Notes: generated from the sequence alone by a model not told the origin. A DNA stretch of 37,515 bases from Bradymonadia bacterium (GCA_046290225.1 JBKAGE010000015.1:1-37515), one strand, 5' to 3'. Positions 1 through 7,560 are shown, counted from the stretch's first letter. Translations and numbers: made by a program.

Positions 1-57
1 CATGTGTTAAGCACGCCGCCAGCGTTCGTTCTGAGCCAGGATCAAACTCTCCAGTTG
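1..57 (-). rRNA. rrs: 16S rRNA gene, 5' end only (continues beyond the window edge)
   Basis: The reverse complement reads CAACTGGAGAGTTTGATCCTGGCTCAGAACGAACGCTGGCGGCGTGCTTAACACATG. The universal 27F site AGAGTTTGATCCTGGCTCAG lies at 50-31. The mature 5' end is estimated 7 nt upstream of it. Confidence 0.98.
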
Positions 58-232
58 AATCCTTGCTGTATGAAGAGACTCACCAAATATAAAGCAGGTT
101 GTCTCAACACAGGCTTGCCCACAGACAGACACTCTCTATTAGAGGGTATGTTCGACAGAAGCCGAGTCGTCTGCGAGCTGATAAATAAATGTTATCAGGG
201 CGCCCGCTCAGTTTTAGCTTGCGTTCAACCAA

Positions 233-246
233 GTTTTCAAAGAACC
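233..246 (-). promoter_or_regulatory. rRNA leader antitermination boxA
   Basis: Minus strand GGTTCTTTGAAAAC between the promoter and the 16S gene matches the boxA-type sequence of rrn leaders. Confidence 0.75.
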
Positions 247-371
247 GACCCGAAAGATAATTCTGTCGGTTGCTGCCGTAGGGCTCCCTGGGGTGTAACC
301 CCTTTCAACTCGGTGAGTTGTTTTTGGGAGCCGCCGGGGCGGTTTGTTTTCCGCGTCGGCAACGGAGGCGG

Positions 372-400
372 TTTATACGGACCTGCCCGGCGAGGTTCAA
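372..400 (-). promoter_or_regulatory. sigma70-type rRNA operon promoter
   Basis: Minus strand TTGAAC (400-395), 17-nt spacer, TATAAA (377-372), then a GC-rich discriminator CCGCCTCC. A/T tracts upstream (about 404-430) resemble an UP element. Confidence 0.8.
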
Positions 401-583
401 CGGAAAAAAACACCGGCCTGCGTTTTTTCTTCCCGAAAGAGGCTCATCCCCTATCTTTTCAAACACTTACTGTTTCGATTTTTTTGACCACCGTATCGTG
501 TCTCCACTGTAGGCAGCCCGATAATTCCCCCTCATAGGGTGCCGTGGAGCCCGCATTTTTCGCCTCGGATTGGAGCCCCTATA

Positions 584-589
584 TATAAT
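584..589 (+). promoter_or_regulatory. possible -10 element firing into the structured intergenic region
   Basis: Perfect TATAAT in an AT-rich patch (CTATATATAATACTG) of otherwise GC-rich DNA. No good -35 is seen. Confidence 0.35.
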
Positions 590-942
590 ACTGTCTATTT
601 CCACGGTTTTCGTTCACTCGCATCGGCCGTGTGCAGAGCAGCGGAAGAGGGCACACGTGCACAGCACACCTCTTTGTCAGGTGCACGGGCCAGACTGACC
701 TCATGAGACGACTTCACGTGTTGAACAGGACTTCGCATTTGGGAGGCCAGTGAAGCGTACTCCCTGCTGCTGGCCTCAAGTCGACCCACCAGGCTGGCTG
801 TCCTCGCTTGCACAGGCTCAGTACGGCATGAGGTACTCGTCGGCTTGTTCAGAGCGCTTGTGGGCCATCTGAATGCCCTACGTATGCTCCGTGCCTCTGG
901 TTCGGTGTGCGGGGATGCACGGGCCTTCAGGCGTCAGATGTA

Positions 943-1188
943 GTTTGAGCGTTATGCGGAACAACCTGCCACACCAGACTCGCCCATCGACGAGATCTCG
1001 AACTCAGAAATGCTCGGTGCTTCTTCAGAGCCTGCCCTTCGGGCGCTTCTGCGCTCCGCCGGCTTTGCCTCTGTCGGCTCCGAAGCGTCTGGCCTCAGGC
1101 CAGACAGGCTCCCTGCGTTTTCTTCCCTCGACCTCTCACCGATGTTCTCTGTCTGCAGCGTCAGTTTCTTCCGCATAACGCTTTAAAC
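943..1188 (+). ncRNA. candidate structured ncRNA or IR-bounded cassette (unknown family)
   Basis: Perfect 14-bp inverted repeat AGCGTTATGCGGAA (948-961) / TTCCGCATAACGCT (1169-1182). Nested helices: CAGAC 975-979 with GTCTG 1151-1155, TCGGTG 1014-1019 with CACCGA 1137-1142, GAGCCTG 1028-1034 with CAGGCTC 1105-1111. Apical hairpins include a C(UUCG)G loop. G-U pairs favour the + strand. Confidence 0.4.
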
Positions 1189-1296
1189 ACGGCGTTCGAC
1201 CGCCCCATTGCTTGATCCTGAGCAGTGGTGATGCTATCGGATACCGCCCTACGGCGCGGCGAACGCGCCCAAATTGACTCTCAAGGAGGTCGTTTC

Positions 1297-2520
1297 ATGT
1301 TCTCGATGACCTGGCGCATGACGCTGACCGGCCTTCTGGCGGCTCAGCTGGTCGCTTGTGGCGGTAAGAAAGACGGCAACGACGGCAAGAAGCCTGCTGC
1401 CGACAACACCAAGAAGGCGGCCACCGAGGCCCCCAAGACCGACCCGAAGGCCGACCCCAAGGCAGATCCCAAGGGGACAGCAAAGGCTGATCCGAAGGCC
1501 GACCCCAAAGCGGACCCCACGGCGAGTGGCGATAAGGCCCCCGCCGTCAAGGCTCTCACTGGCCCCATCGCCAAGGTGAACGGTGTCACGCTCGAGAGTG
1601 ACGAGTTCAACCGCAAGTACGAGAAGATGACCAAGGCCTTCACCACGCGGAACAAAGAGATTCCGCCGAACCTGGCCAAGCGCTACCAGGAGTCGATCCT
1701 GAAGCAGCTCGTGGAGAAAGAGCTTCTCAAGCAGAAGATCAAGTCCGAGAGCATCGCCATCTCCGACGAGGAGATCGCCACCGAGTTCGAGAAGTACAAG
1801 AAGATGTTCCGCACCGAGGAGAACTTCCAGCGGTACCTCAAGAGCTCGCAGATCAGCGAAAACCAGATCAAAGACAACGTGCGTCACAACCAGTCGGTGA
1901 CCAAGCTGCTCGAGAAGGTGGAGGACGTGAACGTCTCCCCCGACGAGGCGCAGAAGTACTACGAGGAGCACAAGGACCGCTACGCCGTGAAGGAGCAGGT
2001 CCGCGCCAGCCACATTCTGCTGAAGGTGGCCAAGAACGCCGACGAGGCTGCGGTGACCGAAGCCAAGAAGAAGGCCGACAGCATCTACAAAGAGGCGGCC
2101 AAGAAGGACGCTGACTTCGCCGCTCTGGCCAAGCAGCACTCCCAGGGCCCCACTGGCCCCCGCGGTGGCGATCTGAGCTTCTTCCCCAAGGGCCGCATGG
2201 TGCCCGAGTTCGAGAAGGTGGCCTTCGAGATGAAGGTCGGGGAGATCTCCAAGCCTGTGAAGACCCAGTTCGGCTGGCACATCATCAAGGTGACCGACAA
2301 GAAGGAAGCCCGTCAGCGCCCCTTCGACGAGGTCAAGGAGCCCATCGAGAAGAACATCAAGGCCCGCAAGACCCGCAAGGCGAAGCAGACCCTGCTGGCC
2401 AACCTGCACAAAGAGGCCAAGATCGAGGTCCTCGTCGATGGCATCAACCTGCCGGCCCCCAAGGCCAACGGTGCCACGCCTCCGAAGCTGGCCCCCAAGG
2501 CTGTCCCCGGCAACAAGTAA
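1297..2520 (+). CDS. PpiC/parvulin-type peptidyl-prolyl isomerase lipoprotein (PrsA/SurA-like foldase)
   Basis: RBS AAGGAGGT at 1283-1290 before ATG 1297. Lipobox LVAC, SurA-like N domain (IAKVNG...ILKQLVEKELL), and parvulin motifs VRASHIL, FAALAKQHS, GGDLSFF, MVPEFE, PVKTQFGWHIIKV. Confidence 0.93.
   Translation: MFSMTWRMTLTGLLAAQLVACGGKKDGNDGKKPAADNTKKAATEAPKTDPKADPKADPKGTAKADPKADPKADPTASGDKAPAVKALTGPIAKVNGVTLESDEFNRKYEKMTKAFTTRNKEIPPNLAKRYQESILKQLVEKELLKQKIKSESIAISDEEIATEFEKYKKMFRTEENFQRYLKSSQISENQIKDNVRHNQSVTKLLEKVEDVNVSPDEAQKYYEEHKDRYAVKEQVRASHILLKVAKNADEAAVTEAKKKADSIYKEAAKKDADFAALAKQHSQGPTGPRGGDLSFFPKGRMVPEFEKVAFEMKVGEISKPVKTQFGWHIIKVTDKKEARQRPFDEVKEPIEKNIKARKTRKAKQTLLANLHKEAKIEVLVDGINLPAPKANGATPPKLAPKAVPGNK
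1441..1518 (+). repeat. 12-bp coding tandem repeat (DPKA)n in the lipoprotein tether
   Basis: GACCCGAAGGCC / GACCCCAAGGCA / GATCCCAAGGGG / ACAGCAAAGGCT / GATCCGAAGGCC / GACCCCAAAGCG / GACCCC. Confidence 0.9.
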
Positions 2521-2619
2521 TCCCCTCCTCTTCTCTCCTGCCTCAAATCCCTTTCTCTTAAGCTTCAGGCCACTTCGGACGATGTCCTGGCGAGCAGCCG
2601 GACTCGATGAGGTGGCACT

Positions 2620-3384
2620 GTGGATATCTCAACACTCCTGGGACTGGTCGGCGGCTTCGGCCTGATCATCGTCTCCATTCTCATGGGCGGCGAGCTGGGC
2701 CTGTTCATCAACATCCCCTCTCTGACCGTCGTCATCGGAGGGACGATCGCGGCCCTGCTGGTCAGGTTCTCGATCCCCGAAACCATCCGTACCCTCGGCC
2801 TCATCAAGATGTCGCTCTTCTTCTCTCTGAAGACGAAGGAAGAGGTGATCCAACAGTTCGGTGAGCTCGCTCAGATCGCCCGTAAGGAGGGCTTGCTGGC
2901 TCTGGAGCGGATCGAACTGGATGATCCCTATATGGCCAAGGGCATCGCGTTCTGCGTCGATGGGGCGGAGACACGCCAGATCGAGGCGATCCTCACGAAA
3001 GATATTCAGTACATGAAGGCCCGCCACGACGCCGGACAGGAGATCCTGCGGGCGGTGAACACGTCGGCGCCGGCCTTCGGCATGATCGGCACCCTGATCG
3101 GCCTGGTGCAGATGCTGGCGAACATGGAAGACCCGGCGAGCATCGGCCCCGCCATGGCTGTGGCCATCTTGACCACGCTCTATGGCGCGGTGGTGTCAAA
3201 CCTCATCGCCACGCCCATCGCTGACAAGCTGATGTATCGCAGCGCCGAAGAGGTGGATCTGAAGATGCTGATGATGGAGGGGATCCTGGGCCTGAAGAAA
3301 GGGGAGAACCCCCGCATGCTCGAGGAGCTCCTCCACACCTATGTACCACCGGCGACCCGAGAGGGCCTGCGCTCAGCGGCCTGA
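2620..3384 (+). CDS. motA: MotA/PomA-family stator A subunit
   Basis: GTG start after GAGGTGG. MDISTLLGL N-terminus, ARKEGLLALE charged motif, APAFGMIGTLIGLVQML, IGPAMAVAILTTLYGA, GENPRML. Confidence 0.95.
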   Translation: MDISTLLGLVGGFGLIIVSILMGGELGLFINIPSLTVVIGGTIAALLVRFSIPETIRTLGLIKMSLFFSLKTKEEVIQQFGELAQIARKEGLLALERIELDDPYMAKGIAFCVDGAETRQIEAILTKDIQYMKARHDAGQEILRAVNTSAPAFGMIGTLIGLVQMLANMEDPASIGPAMAVAILTTLYGAVVSNLIATPIADKLMYRSAEEVDLKMLMMEGILGLKKGENPRMLEELLHTYVPPATREGLRSAA

Positions 3385-3402
3385 TGTCTCTGGGGTAATG
3401 TC

Positions 3403-4182
3403 ATGGAAGACGAAGCAGATCAGGGTGATGGCGGAGGCGGGCTCGAGGAGGAGCTCGTATGTCCTGAAGGTGCCCCTGAGTGGCTGGTGACGTTCGGCGA
3501 CATGATGTCGCTGCTGCTCACCTTCTTCATCCTGTTGTTGTCCTTCGCCAACATGGACGCCCTGAAGTTCAAGCAGATCTCGGGCTCGATCAAGCAAGCC
3601 CTCGGCGTGGAGCAAAAAGAGCAGGTCATCATCGTACCGAAGGCCCAGAAGGTCATCCCGATCAAGTTCAGCATTGATTACAACGCGATGAACATGTCCC
3701 AGAAGCTCAAGCGCGAGATGGATCCGCTCTCGAACTCGAAGAAGAAGGGCAAGGTCAACATCCAGGTCTACGAGACCTATCGAGGGGTGACGGTCCTGAT
3801 GCCGGCCCACGACATCTTCGAGGCAGGTACGGACACGCTGAAGCCTGTTGCCTTGCCCATACTGGCCTATCTGGCTCAGGAGGCGGCGAACTCACCCAAC
3901 GAGCTGGTGGTGGAGGTCCGCGCACCAGAGGACGCCCCTCGGGCGGTCCGCTTTTCGGATCACTGGGAGCTGACGACCGCGCAGGCGGTGGTGGCGGCCC
4001 GATACATTCGCAGCTCGGCGGAGACACAGGGGTATACGCTCGGCGCGGCGAAGGTGCACGCTGTGGGCCGAGGCTCGGCGCCATTGCTCGAGCGCAGGGA
4101 GGATGGCTCAATCCCGGCCCTGGAAGGGCCCGCGGTGAACTTCCTGTTCTTGTCGAATCCCCTCAACCCTGGCAGGCGGTGA
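3403..4182 (+). CDS. motB: MotB/PomB-family stator B subunit, copy 1 (degenerate OmpA-like domain)
   Basis: CPEGAPEWLVTFGDMMSLLLTFFILLLSF TM segment with the conserved Asp. The C-terminal OmpA-like fold is recognisable (IFEAGTDTL, HWELTTAQA, AVGRG) but lacks HTD and NRRVE. Confidence 0.88.
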   Translation: MEDEADQGDGGGGLEEELVCPEGAPEWLVTFGDMMSLLLTFFILLLSFANMDALKFKQISGSIKQALGVEQKEQVIIVPKAQKVIPIKFSIDYNAMNMSQKLKREMDPLSNSKKKGKVNIQVYETYRGVTVLMPAHDIFEAGTDTLKPVALPILAYLAQEAANSPNELVVEVRAPEDAPRAVRFSDHWELTTAQAVVAARYIRSSAETQGYTLGAAKVHAVGRGSAPLLERREDGSIPALEGPAVNFLFLSNPLNPGRR

Positions 4183-4193
4183 GGGGGTGATCG

Positions 4194-4988
4194 ATGGATG
4201 ACGAGCTGCTCGACATCGAAGAGGAAGAGTCGGCGGAGATGCCCGCGGACGAGAAGTGTCCGGAGGGTACCCCTGAGTGGCTGGTGACGTTCGGCGACAT
4301 GATGTCGCTGCTGCTCACCTTCTTCATCTTGTTGTTGTCCTTCGCCCAGATGGAGAAGGTGAAGTACCAGATGGTCTCCGGGGCGATGATGCAGGCCTTC
4401 GGGGTGCAGGAGAAGGTGAAGGCCTTCAACCGCCCTCAGGGACACAACGTGGTGGCCACTGAGTTCTGGTCCACGACGTCGAAGAGCATGATGAACGGGA
4501 TGCGTACGGCGGCGAAGAAGCACGCCCGTCGCAGCGCGCCAGGTACAGTGGACGTGGCGGTCTTCGAGGACTACCGCGGCATCGTCCTGCAAATCGGCGA
4601 AGAGGCGATGTTCGAGAAGGGGCGCTCGCAGCTGAGACCTGCGGTGTGGCCCTTTCTCGACGAGGTGCTCGAGATCGCGCTGAAGAATGCGTCCTTCATT
4701 CGGGTGGAAGCGCACACTGACAGCTCTCCTATCCGGACAGCAGAGTTTCCGAGCAATGATCACCTCTCCGGCTCTCGGGCGGTGTCGGTGGTCCGCTACT
4801 TCCAAGGGCGGGCACAGACGCTCGCCGCGGGCCTGCCTGGAGATGCGCGCCTGGATCCTCATCGTATGGAGGCTGTGGCCATGGGGGCGACACACCCCAA
4901 GGTGCCCAACACCTTCCGTGCTGGCCGACGACGCAATCGCCGTGTAGAGATCGTCTTCGAGGAGCTGCCGCAAGATTACCGGCGGTGA
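4194..4988 (+). CDS. motB: MotB/PomB-family stator B subunit, copy 2 (intact OmpA-like domain)
   Basis: Same TM motif. OmpA-like domain with MFEKGRSQL, VEAHTD, NDHLSGSRAVSV and RNRRVEIVF. Confidence 0.93.
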   Translation: MDDELLDIEEEESAEMPADEKCPEGTPEWLVTFGDMMSLLLTFFILLLSFAQMEKVKYQMVSGAMMQAFGVQEKVKAFNRPQGHNVVATEFWSTTSKSMMNGMRTAAKKHARRSAPGTVDVAVFEDYRGIVLQIGEEAMFEKGRSQLRPAVWPFLDEVLEIALKNASFIRVEAHTDSSPIRTAEFPSNDHLSGSRAVSVVRYFQGRAQTLAAGLPGDARLDPHRMEAVAMGATHPKVPNTFRAGRRRNRRVEIVFEELPQDYRR

Positions 4989-5012
4989 TGAGAGCAAGGC
5001 ACGGGAGCGTCC

Positions 5013-5822
5013 ATGGCTGGAGAGTTCGGGGGTAAGCAGTCACGTGAGGGGCTGACGGGCTGGGTGATTGGCCTGTCGCTGATCGTGCTCATGATCCTCG
5101 CTGCGTGGTGGTGGCGACAGAGTGATCCTCGACGGCCCTCGGTGCCCCTCGCGGAGATGTCGCTTCAACAGTTCGAAGGCTGGCGTGCGGGCCGGTTGCC
5201 TCCTTCCAAGGCCGACATCGAACGCCTGCAGGATCTCCCGGCGTGGGTCAAGGGCCAGCGCATTGAGCTGGAGCTCCCTGGCGACTACCTCGAGATCAAC
5301 GGCCCCATGCCCTCGATGCCCATGGCGGTGGATGGGGTGCTGACGACCAAAGTGGGCAAACACCCCACGGCGGTGGTCATCCTCGGTGATGGTCAGAACA
5401 TCGCGTTGTTGTCGGTCTTCGACTCGACGGCGCAGGTGCTGCTGGGATCTGATCGGCGCCGCCTGATGGACGAATGGAGCCACTTCGGCTTCAACACCGG
5501 CGAGCTTCGGGTCTACATCTGGAAACGCCGGGACAACATCTTCTCGGTGGTGACGACGGAGGCCCAGAGCACGACGAGCCTCACAGATGATCCGATCGCC
5601 TGGATCGGAGAGCTGTTCGAGGACGAGAGGCCTTTGAGCCGCCCACTCTGGCTCCCTCCGCCCACGACTGGCCGCCCCAACCGCCTCGGTGAAGGCTTCG
5701 AGCCAGGTGTGGTGTTACCGCCCCAGGGAGTGGCAGATCCATCGGCCGGTCAACTGACCCCGGCTGGCGGCAAGCCCATCATCGTTCAGCCAGACCTGCC
5801 CCCATCAACCTTCGAGGAATGA
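5013..5822 (+). CDS. hypothetical single-pass membrane protein with Pro-rich tail
   Basis: GGGAG RBS, one N-terminal TM helix (WVIGLSLIVLMILAAWWW), a beta-rich central domain and a low-complexity C-terminus. Starts 24 bp after motB2. Confidence 0.75.
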   Translation: MAGEFGGKQSREGLTGWVIGLSLIVLMILAAWWWRQSDPRRPSVPLAEMSLQQFEGWRAGRLPPSKADIERLQDLPAWVKGQRIELELPGDYLEINGPMPSMPMAVDGVLTTKVGKHPTAVVILGDGQNIALLSVFDSTAQVLLGSDRRRLMDEWSHFGFNTGELRVYIWKRRDNIFSVVTTEAQSTTSLTDDPIAWIGELFEDERPLSRPLWLPPPTTGRPNRLGEGFEPGVVLPPQGVADPSAGQLTPAGGKPIIVQPDLPPSTFEE

Positions 5823-5902
5823 TCTTTGCTTTCAACGGGTGTGCGCCCTTGTGTACCCTGTCGAGACACTGAAGGCGCTCCCTGAAGAGTTGGAGGTAGA
5901 TC

Positions 5903-7441
5903 ATGGCCAGAAGAGTTGATGTTCGGCACTGGTGCTGGCTGCTGGTGTTCGCTCAACTCGCCGGCTGCGCTTCGGCGAATCAGGCGGAAGAGGATCCTGA
6001 AGAGCTTCAATGCCGCGAAGGCTACACCGTCGGTGGTGACGGGGAGTGCTCTATCCCCTCGCTCGCCCCTGCGGAGGATGTCGAGACCCCCGACATGCCC
6101 TTCGAGGAGCCCACGATCATTGAGGATCAGGCCTCCTGGTTTATGAACCAGGAGGGGGACGGGGAGTACGAGGTCTACGTTGGCGAGTCCCTCGACATCC
6201 GCGTCCGCGTCACCAATGGCTACGGTGAGCCCGCCCCTGACCGCCAGGTGAACTTCGAGCTGCTCCCCGTAGACAGCAGCGATGTCTTCGGCTCTGCCCT
6301 GGCGGTGCGCCGCGCGACGACGAACGAGTTCGGTGTCGCCGAGGCCACAGTGGTGGCCGGTGATCGGCCGGCCTACTTCAAGGTGGAGATGACCTCCCCC
6401 GACACTGAGGGGATCCCCTACTTCATCAGCGTGATTCAGCGACCCGAAGGCGATCCGCTCCAGCCTCCGGGTGAAGGCGGGATGATCCCCGGTGGGGGCA
6501 TCAGCGGCGCATGTCTGGGCACCAAGGGCGTGTACTCGGTGACCAACCTCTACGAGCCCGCCGCTGCGGTGGATCAGGGCGTCTTCGAGGTTCTCGACGA
6601 CATCTACGAGGCGGTGAGCAACCCCGGCCGCTTTGCCGGCCGCTACATCGAAGATCGCATCGACGGCTTCTGGGGCTCGGTGATCCGGGCGGCCATCGAG
6701 CCGGTGATCAACTTCGTGGTGGATTACGTGCTCAATAACTACGCCCCGGACTGGGTGCGCTGGACACTCCTGGTGGTCGAAGACGTGACGGCGATCCTCA
6801 CCAACCTCGAGATTCAGGGCACGCTGGAGCTGGGCGATCCGGAGCCGATGGAGTGTCGGCTCCGAGGGGCCCACACCTGGGACACCCTGGTCTTCATCTG
6901 GCGCGCTGGCTGCCCTGCTGGGAACGACATGTGCGGCCGCTACCCGGTGGAGATGAACCGCATCGGTGTCGACCTGTCCCGCAGCGAGTTCGATGCCCGT
7001 CTGACTCGGACCATCGGTCCGGTGGCGGACATGGAGATCGACGCCCACCCCATGAACCTGAACCTGGCGGTGGCCATCATCTGGTTCGTGGAGAACTATG
7101 TGCTGCCTCAGCGCCTGAACGTGAACAGCTTCGGCGAGCTGCTGGGGCTGATCATCCCCTGTGATGCGGTGGGTGACGTGGCCCGCGATTACCTCAGTGG
7201 GGTGCCCTTCGTGGGCTTCGCTGTGGGGCCCTTCGTGGAGCGTGCTTGTGAGCGTGGTCTGGAGGCGGCAGGCAACTACCTGACCCGTCAGCTGACCGAT
7301 AGCCTCAACGTGAGCGTCTTCGAGATCTCGGGGACGGCGAAGCTGCGAGACACGACGGGGAACCAGTTCGCCGACAAGATCTCCGAGGGTCGCTGGGAAG
7401 ACGGCCTGCCCGGTGACTTCACGGGTGAGCGCCGCCAGTAG
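5903..7441 (+). CDS. hypothetical lipoprotein with an Ig-like (Big_1-like) domain
   Basis: RBS GGAGGT and lipobox LAGC. Ig-like segment IRVRVTNGYGEPAPDRQVNF...TTNEFGVAEATV, then a Cys-containing C-terminal domain. Codon usage is strongly coding-like. Confidence 0.85.
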   Translation: MARRVDVRHWCWLLVFAQLAGCASANQAEEDPEELQCREGYTVGGDGECSIPSLAPAEDVETPDMPFEEPTIIEDQASWFMNQEGDGEYEVYVGESLDIRVRVTNGYGEPAPDRQVNFELLPVDSSDVFGSALAVRRATTNEFGVAEATVVAGDRPAYFKVEMTSPDTEGIPYFISVIQRPEGDPLQPPGEGGMIPGGGISGACLGTKGVYSVTNLYEPAAAVDQGVFEVLDDIYEAVSNPGRFAGRYIEDRIDGFWGSVIRAAIEPVINFVVDYVLNNYAPDWVRWTLLVVEDVTAILTNLEIQGTLELGDPEPMECRLRGAHTWDTLVFIWRAGCPAGNDMCGRYPVEMNRIGVDLSRSEFDARLTRTIGPVADMEIDAHPMNLNLAVAIIWFVENYVLPQRLNVNSFGELLGLIIPCDAVGDVARDYLSGVPFVGFAVGPFVERACERGLEAAGNYLTRQLTDSLNVSVFEISGTAKLRDTTGNQFADKISEGRWEDGLPGDFTGERRQ

Positions 7442-7462
7442 CCTGCCGCCCTTCTTCCGTAG

Positions 7463-7488
7463 CTCTCTCGCTGGCCTCTCTCGCTGGC
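7463..7488. repeat. 2 x 13-bp tandem repeat CTCTCTCGCTGGC
   Basis: Two exact adjacent copies. Confidence 0.85.
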
Positions 7489-7560
7489 CCCTTCAAATGT
7501 ACTGATTGTCGTGATGGCCTGTTGTGCCTGTTGGCCGGCCCTTTTGACTTGAGCTGTTTG

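Noticed and set aside
4..537. 177-aa ORF (and the nested 318-512 ORF)
   Set aside because: Antisense to the 16S 5' end, leader and promoter; a well-known type of spurious rRNA-shadow ORF.
595..813. 72-aa minus-strand ORF
   Set aside because: No recognisable motif or RBS and atypical codon usage. The region is better explained as structured non-coding DNA.
943..1188. Retron msr-msd (a1/a2 inverted repeats) interpretation
   Set aside because: No reverse transcriptase anywhere in the window; the adjacent gene is a PPIase.
1249..2409. Long antisense ORFs (also 5786-7048, 9457-10611, 17162-18790, 19785-21218, 26954-28168, 28409-29671, 30067-31218, 33290-35059)
   Set aside because: Shadow frames opposite clearly identified genes, expected from high GC3 codon bias. 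No family motifs.
2620..4988. Zorya (ZorAB) anti-phage system, or ExbBD/TolQR/AglRQS
   Set aside because: MotA is short with no long ZorA tail, and no ZorC/D/E-like helicase or nuclease is nearby. The motifs are PomA/PomB-like, and the B subunits have OmpA-like rather than ExbD/TolR domains.
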